Below, one piece after another: positions 15,184-21,882 of a stretch of DNA of 34,850 nucleotides. The stretch covers positions 1 to 34,850 of IMG/VR virus record IMGVR_UViG_3300038673_000123; one strand, written 5' to 3'. The stretch is from a virus (taxonomy: Duplodnaviria; Caudoviricetes). Both the position numbers and the translations under genes were made by a program. How positions within the stretch are numbered: the first letter of the stretch is position 1; each line of letters opens with the position of its first letter. The notes beneath the pieces are model-generated. The model did not search any database, had not been told where the DNA came from, and saw only the letters and a list, made by a program, of their open reading frames with translations.

Positions 15184-17262
15184 ATGGATAAGACGCAAGC
15201 AGACCTTGACCTGTATTTTCTGACCAGGAACGTCATTTGGCGTTACAAGTTGGACCAGTACGAAGACGCCACGATCCGCGAGATGCTGAAAACGGTACGC
15301 TCTGCCGTGTCGGAGATCAAGCGCGAGATTTTTGATGGGGATGCGCCCGCGAATGCCGATGCACTCATCGAGGAGCTTGACGACCTGTCCGCTGGCCTGC
15401 GCCGGAAGATAGGCGAGGACGTGGCGGCCATGTCCGGCGTGGCTGCGGAGTACAGCGCGACCGAGCACGCGGCCATCATGTCCCTTGACGGGCGCGTGCC
15501 GATCAACACCGTGGCTTTGAGCGCTGCGCAGTTCCAGAGCTTCCTGGGCGGCTCGAACGGCGGGACTCCCCTGCCCCAATGGGTTGACGATGCCTGGGGC
15601 CACGTCGTGAGTGACCAGATCAAGCGCAACCTTAACGTCGCCGTCTTGAGGGGCGAAGGCTATCAAAAAGCCGTGCGCGGGTTGCTCGACTCTACCATCG
15701 CCGATTTCACAGAGAGGGAGGCCGTGACCATTGCGCGAACGTATGTGCAGACTGCCAACGTGGCTGCTCAAATGGCCGTGTACCAGGCCAACGATGACCT
15801 GGTGAAGGGTTGGCGGTGGTCGTCTGTGTTGGAGCCGGGGTATAGCAAGAGCGGGCGCGGGACGTGCCTACGCTGTCAAAGTTTGGATTCGAGAGAATTC
15901 AAACTAGGCGAAGGCCCTAATATCCCACTACATCCCAGATGCGTGACGGGCGACACCCTGATATCTGCGCCGGGCGTGGTTGCCGCTATAAAGATAAAAT
16001 ACTCCGGGCCAATCATAGATATCCGCATTGACAACGGGCGCACCCTTTCTTGTACTCCAAATCACAGGATAATGACCGACAGAGGCGTGAAGTTTGCCGG
16101 GGACTTGGAGCAAGGAGACAAGGTTCTCTACGACAGCGCCCATGTTGACAACCTGCATGGGGAAAAAAATCACTACGGGCTTCCAACCAGAGCGGAAGAC
16201 ATATTCCATTTTTTCTCTGACCGTTTCAAACTTATTATCAGAAAGCCAACTCCTACCGGTGTAGACCTCCACGGCGACGAGCAGTTTGTTGACGGCGATA
16301 TCGACGTTGTAGCGCCCGAAAGCCTTTTGCGGGGTGACTTCGAAACCCTTCTCTTTCAAGACCTGAAGGATATGTTTCTCCCCAGCGCCAACGTGTGTGA
16401 CGTGTTTCTCGCGGGCCTTCGCAAGAGCACATCTATGCTCGTAAGAATGGGACTTTCCGCGCAGAGCATTAGCCGTTTTTTGAGCGTGTTCGATGCGCTC
16501 TTGCTCGGTCATTCTGGCGTACCTGAGCCGGGTACACTCTGCCGTAGTGCGTGGCTTGATTCCAGCCTCAACAAGATTGCGCCGGATGGTTCCTTCGTTA
16601 GTTCCGAAGTGATCGCCGATTTCATACGCACTAAGGCCGCTGGCGTACATGGTGACAATTTCTTGGACGGGCAACTTGATAGAATTTGGATGCTCTGCTC
16701 CAGCCTTTCGGCACTTCATGGCAGAGGTTCTTTTGTCGTTGAACGTGACGCCCTGTCTAACGAGGGCACTTTTGACTGGCTTTCTTCCCCATCCGAGGAT
16801 GTCGCAAATCTCTTTCTGAGTCTTTCCAGCAGCGTAAAGTTGTGCAATGTGGATTTCGTCGGAAGGCGTAGCTTTAATGGGCATGTTTATGACCTCCAAA
16901 GTATATCGTCAACGTATTACAACGAAGGCATGTTGTCAAGCAATTGCAGGTGTGTTGCATTGCCAATAACCAAGACATGGCGCGACCTCGGCATCGACCG
17001 AGACGAGATAGAGGACGCCATCCGCCCGTACACCATCCGGCCAGACGTGAACATCGACGCGGGCGGGATGCGGACCATCATCGAGTCCGGGCGGCACCAG
17101 GGGGATTATGCGTCGTGGTGGGCGAAGCAGGACAAGGCCTTCCGTGTGAATGCGGTAGGCCCTGGCAGGTTTGAGCTTTTGGAGTCGGGGAAGATCAGCT
17201 TTTCTCAGTTGGTTGATTCACAAGGCCGCCAGCGCACATTGAAGGAGCTTCGCAGCCTCTAG
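15184..17262 (+). CDS. Minor head protein (MuF/SPP1 gp7 family) precursor containing an intein; 357 aa after splicing
   Basis: TIART, CLRCQSLD; splicing restores the HPRCRC motif. Confidence 0.9.
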   Translation: MDKTQADLDLYFLTRNVIWRYKLDQYEDATIREMLKTVRSAVSEIKREIFDGDAPANADALIEELDDLSAGLRRKIGEDVAAMSGVAAEYSATEHAAIMSLDGRVPINTVALSAAQFQSFLGGSNGGTPLPQWVDDAWGHVVSDQIKRNLNVAVLRGEGYQKAVRGLLDSTIADFTEREAVTIARTYVQTANVAAQMAVYQANDDLVKGWRWSSVLEPGYSKSGRGTCLRCQSLDSREFKLGEGPNIPLHPRCVTGDTLISAPGVVAAIKIKYSGPIIDIRIDNGRTLSCTPNHRIMTDRGVKFAGDLEQGDKVLYDSAHVDNLHGEKNHYGLPTRAEDIFHFFSDRFKLIIRKPTPTGVDLHGDEQFVDGDIDVVAPESLLRGDFETLLFQDLKDMFLPSANVCDVFLAGLRKSTSMLVRMGLSAQSISRFLSVFDALLLGHSGVPEPGTLCRSAWLDSSLNKIAPDGSFVSSEVIADFIRTKAAGVHGDNFLDGQLDRIWMLCSSLSALHGRGSFVVERDALSNEGTFDWLSSPSEDVANLFLSLSSSVKLCNVDFVGRRSFNGHVYDLQSISSTYYNEGMLSSNCRCVALPITKTWRDLGIDRDEIEDAIRPYTIRPDVNIDAGGMRTIIESGRHQGDYASWWAKQDKAFRVNAVGPGRFELLESGKISFSQLVDSQGRQRTLKELRSL
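15928..16884 (-). CDS. Antisense-encoded putative homing endonuclease (2x HTH + NUMOD3-like + Vsr/DUF559-like nuclease), 318 aa
   Basis: Y..G.T/S..EI...G repeats; RGKSHSYEHR; GEKHI..L...G...QKAFGRYNVDIA...VAVEV; GGAGGT RBS 7 nt before ATG. Confidence 0.85.
   Translation of the reverse strand: MPIKATPSDEIHIAQLYAAGKTQKEICDILGWGRKPVKSALVRQGVTFNDKRTSAMKCRKAGAEHPNSIKLPVQEIVTMYASGLSAYEIGDHFGTNEGTIRRNLVEAGIKPRTTAECTRLRYARMTEQERIEHAQKTANALRGKSHSYEHRCALAKAREKHVTHVGAGEKHILQVLKEKGFEVTPQKAFGRYNVDIAVNKLLVAVEVYTGRSWLSDNKFETVREKMEYVFRSGWKPVVIFFPMQVVNMGAVVENLVSLLQVPGKLHASVGHYPVIWSTRKGAPVVNADIYDWPGVFYLYSGNHARRRYQGVARHASGM
15940..16944 (+). mobile_element. Intein (335 aa, residues 253-587) in MuF
   Basis: Block A CVTGDTLI, block B CTPNHRIMT, block F HVYDLQS, block G SN|C; lower-GC sequence than flanks. 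Confidence 0.92.
16911..16939 (-). promoter_or_regulatory. Sigma70 promoter for the antisense endonuclease, inside intein codons
   Basis: TTGACA (16939-16934)-17 nt-TACGTT (16916-16911). Confidence 0.65.
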
Positions 17263-17455
17263 GCTTGATGCGCACCGTGACTACGTCTGCCAAGTCAGGA
17301 CCAGACCAAACAAGCAATTCTGCGTCCGTGTCGTCATTGGCTAGATCGTGCAGCCTCGCTTCCCTCGCCACGTCTTCAACCGTGTCATACAAAAGCCCCT
17401 GAAACTCGACCTTTCCATTCATCCATCGCGCTTCAAGCGTGACCATCTTTTTCAT
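17195..17455 (-). CDS. Hypothetical protein (MKKMVTLEAR...)
   Basis: AAGGTGG RBS; lies between duplicated MuF 3' ends. Confidence 0.55.
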   Translation of the reverse strand: MKKMVTLEARWMNGKVEFQGLLYDTVEDVAREARLHDLANDDTDAELLVWSGPDLADVVTVRIKPRGCEAPSMCAGGLVNQPTEKS

Positions 17456-17538
17456 ATTCACCACCTTTTGAGTTTGGCGACCTTGTTGATTCACAAGGCC
17501 GCCAGAGGACGCTGGAGGAGTTGGGGAGGTTACGCTAA
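17212..17538 (+). repeat. Duplicated MuF 3' end (21-bp identical core at 17212-17232 and 17485-17505)
   Basis: GTTGATTCACAAGGCCGCCAG twice; LVDSQGRQRTLKELRSL* versus LVDSQGRQRTLEELGRLR*. Confidence 0.85.
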
Positions 17539-17732
17539 ATCTCAATGTCGATTCGCACGGCGATGGACGCAATGCGCTGTCTCCACATTTGGCCGCTCGT
17601 GTCAATCATTGATTCGACATCAGTCCGAATGTCTATGCGTTGTGGGTCAATCTTCGATGCGAGATCGTACAGGATGCGAGTGATGTCTGCCTCTGCCTTG
17701 TGCTTCAGTTCCTTTGCTTCGTTGATATTCAC
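17535..17732 (-). CDS. Hypothetical protein
   Basis: GGAGGT RBS, GTG start overlapping the HTH gene stop. Confidence 0.55.
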   Translation of the reverse strand: MNINEAKELKHKAEADITRILYDLASKIDPQRIDIRTDVESMIDTSGQMWRQRIASIAVRIDIEI

Positions 17733-17908
17733 TTCCCCACCTCCTTTGTCTTTATCAAAAACAGCTCCCACTTAGCCCCGTCCATCGTCCGCCCTCCCCC
17801 CTCCCAGTACCGCCACGCCCTCGGCTGGACACCGACCAGCGCGGCGGCTTGGGACTGCGTGAGGCCCGCACGGTGGCGGGCTTCGCGGATGTCGGTGGGG
17901 CTAGGCAT
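17729..17908 (-). CDS. Small XRE-family HTH regulator
   Basis: IREARHRAGLTQSQAAALVGVQPRAWRYWEGG. Confidence 0.85.
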   Translation of the reverse strand: MPSPTDIREARHRAGLTQSQAAALVGVQPRAWRYWEGGGRTMDGAKWELFLIKTKEVGK

Positions 17909-18260
17909 CTTCGTCACCGCATAGCCTATCAATAGTGCTGAACGCAGAGCCAATCATATCCGGGACGCTGATGTATCCAAGTTGCACGCCGTTTCTGATG
18001 AACTTTACAAGTTCTTCGTTTTCCTTTTTCAGTTCACAAAGGCCCGCAACGCAATCGTCGACCGTAAATCCGTGTTCGCATGTTCCGGCCACTTTGATAA
18101 AGCCCATCCCGCGTAGTGCGAAAAGAACGCTGTCAATGGCTTCCATGGATGGATTGTCAATGTCTGCGGCAACGCGTTGGACATTCTGGATAAACCCAGG
18201 ATCAAAGAACCAACCCATTTTAGCCGACTTCTCGTCTGCTTGCGGAACGTGTTTTACCAT
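17901..18260 (-). CDS. Hypothetical protein
   Basis: AAGGAG RBS; accessory operon. Confidence 0.65.
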   Translation of the reverse strand: MVKHVPQADEKSAKMGWFFDPGFIQNVQRVAADIDNPSMEAIDSVLFALRGMGFIKVAGTCEHGFTVDDCVAGLCELKKENEELVKFIRNGVQLGYISVPDMIGSAFSTIDRLCGDEDA

Positions 18261-18456
18261 TTTGATTCTCCTTAAAATAGTTTGCGCATCTTACGGCATG
18301 TTCGTCATCGCCAAAATCAGAAAGAAATCTGTCTGCTGAAGAATATATCCTAATGTCTTGCTGGTATCTATTTTTCCTTGATGGGCTTGCCTTGATAAAC
18401 GTAGAGAATGCTTGGAACGTCCAATATTCAGAGTAGTATACAACAGAAACATTCAT
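18220..18456 (-). CDS. Hypothetical protein (AT-rich)
   Basis: ATGA coupling with the upstream ORF. Confidence 0.5.
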   Translation of the reverse strand: MNVSVVYYSEYWTFQAFSTFIKASPSRKNRYQQDIRIYSSADRFLSDFGDDEHAVRCANYFKENQNGKTRSASRREVG

Positions 18457-18602
18457 GATTCGCCTCGGCACTTGTCGTTTAACGCATCTCTAGCGATGTC
18501 TCTCATGCTGTGCGCAACATCATCTGCATCACAGTACGGAATTTTCATTTCAGCAATTTCTTGCAGCGCGGATTTCATCTTGTCTTCCCGATCAGTGCAC
18601 AT
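18453..18602 (-). CDS. Small hypothetical protein (MCTDREDKMKSALQEIA..., 49 aa)
   Basis: Read by hand; GGAGGAGG RBS. Confidence 0.55.
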   Translation of the reverse strand: MCTDREDKMKSALQEIAEMKIPYCDADDVAHSMRDIARDALNDKCRGES

Positions 18603-18625
18603 CGTTCCCTCCTCCTTTGAGTGGG

Positions 18626-18811
18626 CTAGGCATTTAGCAACTCGATTTGTCTCTCAAACCATGCGTCCCCTTCTTTTTGGACTTCCAGATCAATGAAGTC
18701 TTGCAGGTAGTTCAGTAAGGGATTGTCATATCCAGGACGCCAATTTCTTGCATGGGATTCAACCTTCCCCATATTCGCCAGTAGCCAAACATATCTGTGT
18801 TTATCTCCCAT
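18626..18811 (-). CDS. Hypothetical protein
   Basis: Hairpin plus AAGGAG RBS module upstream. Confidence 0.65.
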   Translation of the reverse strand: MGDKHRYVWLLANMGKVESHARNWRPGYDNPLLNYLQDFIDLEVQKEGDAWFERQIELLNA

Positions 18812-18816
18812 GATGA

Positions 18817-19111
18817 TCTCCTTTTGAGGGGGCCGTAGCCCCCGGTGTGGTGGTTAGAGGATGGTGGCGTGGCTAGGCATCTTCGTTCTCACGGCGGCGG
18901 ATGTCGGCGGCTTCGTCAATCATAGCCAGCCAATCATCATCTGAAATTTCGTCCGTATCAACGATGCACTCGCGGGAAATCAGGCTCATCATAATGCGTC
19001 CATCCAACTCGTCTGCTTCCGGCCCCATGAGTTCGGCAATCTGGTAAGTGGTCGTGTCGTTCGTGATCTTCATGTCATTCTCCTTTTGAGGGGGCCGAAG
19101 CCCCCGGTGTG
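18817..19111 (-). repeat. 33-bp direct repeat (18817-18849, 19079-19111): UNCG hairpin plus RBS module
   Basis: - strand CACACCGGGGGCT(A/T)CGGCCCCCTCAAAAGGAGA; the only mismatch is in the loop. Confidence 0.9.
18873..19073 (-). CDS. Small acidic hypothetical protein (MKITNDTTT...)
   Basis: Hairpin plus RBS module upstream; very D/E-rich. Confidence 0.7.
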   Translation of the reverse strand: MKITNDTTTYQIAELMGPEADELDGRIMMSLISRECIVDTDEISDDDWLAMIDEAADIRRRENEDA

Positions 19112-19113
19112 CG

Positions 19114-19347
19114 TTAGTATCCTCTGTAGTGAGCGCCGCGCTCAATGTTCTGTTGTTTGTTCCGCCATGCCATGTATTCATTTCGAGCCTTGGCAAGCGA
19201 CTTCTCAAGGGACAGCAGGTAAGACCTGTGGGCTTCAATTTGGAAGTCGTGTTCAAGGGCGCTCATCGCATTCTTTGTTCCAGCAATAGCCGACTCTACG
19301 TTTGCGATCTTTCTTGCGAAGTATTCTTCCGATCTGATGAAAGCCAT
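19114..19347 (-). CDS. Coiled-coil hypothetical protein, first gene of the accessory operon
   Basis: AAGGGGG RBS; directly downstream of the promoter. Confidence 0.65.
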   Translation of the reverse strand: MAFIRSEEYFARKIANVESAIAGTKNAMSALEHDFQIEAHRSYLLSLEKSLAKARNEYMAWRNKQQNIERGAHYRGY

Positions 19348-19382
19348 TTTATCCCCCTTGGTTGTTCGTCCTTGTTGATTAA

Positions 19383-19411
19383 TATATAGGCACACTGTGC
19401 CGCATTGTCAA
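19383..19411 (-). promoter_or_regulatory. Sigma70 promoter of the accessory operon, with a palindromic operator in the spacer
   Basis: TTGACA-17 nt-TATATA(TT); GGCACACTGTGCC dyad at 19389-19401. Confidence 0.75.
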
Positions 19412-19459
19412 CAAGTTTTTTCAAATTTCCCGAAAATAATTTCCCAGCCCCAACGCATT

Positions 19460-19522
19460 GTGCAGCTACCTCAAATCTGCACTAGCCCCGCTTGCCTTTT
19501 ATCTTCCGATTATGCCTACGCT
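19460..19522 (+). promoter_or_regulatory. Putative activator-dependent late promoter 2
   Basis: GTGCAG-N11-CTGCAC-N9-TTGCCT-N19-TACGCT. Confidence 0.75.
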
Positions 19523-19569
19523 TGCCGCAAATATCACCGCGAGACGCGGGAAGAGCGGGAGGCTCAAAC

Positions 19570-20244
19570 ATGGCACTGAAACTGTTTCTCGATTCCCTGG
19601 ATGGCGTGGATGAGGGCATTAAGTCCCTTTACACCGAGCACGACGGCAAATTTAAGCTGGCCGTGGATGGTCTGGAAGACACATCCGGCCTGAAATCGGC
19701 GTTGGATAAAGAGCGCAAGGCAAGGCGTGATGCCGAGGCCAAAGCGAAACTGGCGCTGGGTGAAGACGAACTGGAAGAGTTTGAGCGGCTTCGGGCTGAA
19801 GCTGCGAAGGCGAGAGGCGCGGAAGACTTGGTGAATCAGGTTAAGGCACGCCACGCAAAAGAGCTTGAAGCGAAAGAAAAGCTCGCTCTCCAGTACAAAG
19901 CCACCCTCGAAAAGACCGTGCTCGAATCCACTGCATCCCAACTACTCGCCAAGCACGGCGGCAACGTCGGACTGCTCATGCCCCACATCATGGGCGCTCT
20001 GCGGGTCGAGGAATCGGACGGACAGTTTCAGGTCGTCCCGGCCAACGCGGCCTCTGTCGATGAGGTCGTGGCGGGACTCAAGACCAGCTACCCGGCTGCG
20101 TTCGCTGACTCCGGCAAGTCCGGCGGCGGGGCGAGCGGGGGCGGTGGAGGTGGGGCAGGAAGGAAAATGGGAATCGATGAATTCAACCGACTCCCCCCGG
20201 CTGAACAGTACAAGTTCAAGTCTGGCGGGGGCGAGATCATTTAA
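19570..20244 (+). CDS. Capsid scaffolding protein
   Basis: Coiled coil, GLKSALDKER, Gly-rich tail; directly before the capsid gene. Confidence 0.8.
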   Translation: MALKLFLDSLDGVDEGIKSLYTEHDGKFKLAVDGLEDTSGLKSALDKERKARRDAEAKAKLALGEDELEEFERLRAEAAKARGAEDLVNQVKARHAKELEAKEKLALQYKATLEKTVLESTASQLLAKHGGNVGLLMPHIMGALRVEESDGQFQVVPANAASVDEVVAGLKTSYPAAFADSGKSGGGASGGGGGGAGRKMGIDEFNRLPPAEQYKFKSGGGEII

Positions 20245-20256
20245 GAGGTAAAAAAT

Positions 20257-21411
20257 ATGGCCGCACCGAACAACAATCTTTCTGCGATCCAGAACGTCAT
20301 GTTTTCTGCTGCGCAGGATGTCGCCGCAGAGCCTTTCGGAATCGTGGATGGCATCAACACCAGCTTTGACAACAAGGGCGTTGCCAAGGGCGATAAGGTC
20401 AAGGTCACTGTCGCCCCTGCTGCATCCCTGTCTGACTTCACCGCGTCCAACGTCCCCCCGCAGGGCAGTGACAAGACGGCCGGCGACGTTGAGGTGGAAA
20501 TCACCGCCAGCAAGAAAACCGATTGGCACCTGACAGGCGAACAGGTTCGCAGCCTTCAGAACGCCGGGAATGACAACGAGTGGGCGCGGCAGCTTCTCGC
20601 CCAAGGAATGCGCGCACTCCGCAACCAGGCTGAGGCAGATTGCGCCGCCGCAATCAAGGTCCGTTCCGGCCTCGCCATTGGGACCGCAGGAACGACTCCT
20701 TTCGGGTCCGACATCGATGTGATTGCGGATGTGCGCAAGGTCCTTCGCGACAACGGCGCGCCCATGTCTGACCTCCAGTTGGCCGTCAACACCTCGTCCT
20801 ATCTGAACCTGCTCAAGCTGGGCATCGTTCAGCAGGCGATGGTCGCCGGTTCCGATGCCGAACGCCGCACCGGGAAGCTGATGCCGCAGTTTGGATTCAA
20901 GATTTTTGAGTCCGCTGGGCTGACCAAGCACACCAAAGGCACTGTTACCGGGCTCGACACCGACACTGGCGGAAACGTCGCTGTTGGGACCACCTCGTTC
21001 AACATCGACGGCGGTAACGGCGGAACCCTGCTGGCCGGTGACGTGTTCACCATCGCTGGCGACTCTACGAAGTACATCTCGCATACTGCGCTTGCCGCTG
21101 CGACCGACGACCACACGCTCGTTATCGCCAAGCCTGGCGTTAGGGTGCTGTGCGCAAATGGCACCGAGATCACCATTGGCGACGACTACACGCCGAACTT
21201 CGCGTTCGAACGTGCCGCCGTTGTCGGCGTAATGCGCCCGCCCATCATGCCCCCGAACCCGACCATCAAGCAACTCGTGATGAGCGACGAAAAGGGCATG
21301 TCCTACCTGCTGCTTGAGATCGCCCAGTACGGCATGGTCACGTGGGAACTTCACCTCGCATGGGGCTTCAAGGTCATTCAGCCCGAGTACGTGGTGACTC
21401 TGCTCGGCTAA
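20257..21411 (+). CDS. Major capsid protein (P22 coat-like HK97 fold)
   Basis: KGDKVKV, LAGDVFTIAG insertion, NFAFERAA, WGFKVIQPE; position. Confidence 0.85.
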   Translation: MAAPNNNLSAIQNVMFSAAQDVAAEPFGIVDGINTSFDNKGVAKGDKVKVTVAPAASLSDFTASNVPPQGSDKTAGDVEVEITASKKTDWHLTGEQVRSLQNAGNDNEWARQLLAQGMRALRNQAEADCAAAIKVRSGLAIGTAGTTPFGSDIDVIADVRKVLRDNGAPMSDLQLAVNTSSYLNLLKLGIVQQAMVAGSDAERRTGKLMPQFGFKIFESAGLTKHTKGTVTGLDTDTGGNVAVGTTSFNIDGGNGGTLLAGDVFTIAGDSTKYISHTALAAATDDHTLVIAKPGVRVLCANGTEITIGDDYTPNFAFERAAVVGVMRPPIMPPNPTIKQLVMSDEKGMSYLLLEIAQYGMVTWELHLAWGFKVIQPEYVVTLLG

Positions 21412-21413
21412 CC

Positions 21414-21440
21414 ACAACGGGGCGGGAAACCGCCCCTTGT
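21414..21440 (+). terminator. GNRA hairpin after the capsid gene (weak terminator or stabiliser)
   Basis: GGGGCGG-GAAA-CCGCCCC with poor U-tract. Confidence 0.5.
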
Positions 21441-21457
21441 CATAGTGAGGCTTTGAA

Positions 21458-21880
21458 ATGGCACAGATGAGCACAACCACTCGGGACAGGCTGAACAAGT
21501 TGAATCCCGAATTCCAGCGGGCGCAGGTCGGGACCACGATTTACGAGGCGTCCCAGTACTCTCCCGTCATCTTCAGAAAGGCGATCACCGCCGCCGCGAA
21601 TGCAACGGCCGTCGAGGCTTTCGTTGCCCCGTTCGCTATGCGGATTGTGGACATCATCGTTGAGGCCACCGCCACTTCCGGTAGCGGCACCGTGACTCCC
21701 AAGAAAGGCACCACGTCCATGTGCACGGCCATTGCCTGCGCGGATGACAAGGCCGTGACCCACATGAGCGCGGGCGCTGTCGTCGCTGCCCTGGAACTGG
21801 CCGCTGGCGATGTGGTCAACCTGTCCACGGCCAACGCCGGGGACCGTGGCATCGTCACCTTCATCGGCGTGAGGCTGTAA
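21458..21880 (+). CDS. Putative head decoration/fibre protein
   Basis: Ala/Thr/Val-rich beta protein after the capsid gene. Confidence 0.5.
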   Translation: MAQMSTTTRDRLNKLNPEFQRAQVGTTIYEASQYSPVIFRKAITAAANATAVEAFVAPFAMRIVDIIVEATATSGSGTVTPKKGTTSMCTAIACADDKAVTHMSAGAVVAALELAAGDVVNLSTANAGDRGIVTFIGVRL

Positions 21881-21882
21881 CC

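Noticed and set aside
15940-16944. Group I intron or IS insertion
   Set aside because: The frame is preserved with complete intein blocks; no terminal inverted repeats, target duplication or transposase motifs.
15184-17262. MuF polymorphic toxin with a Hint-released C-terminal toxin
   Set aside because: The Hint element splits the HPxCRC motif and is followed by an ordinary MuF tail, so it is a true intein; no toxin domain seen.
19942-21537. 531-aa antisense ORF over scaffold/capsid
   Set aside because: Shadow of GC-biased codon usage; no RBS or domain motifs, unlike the antisense ORF in the intein.
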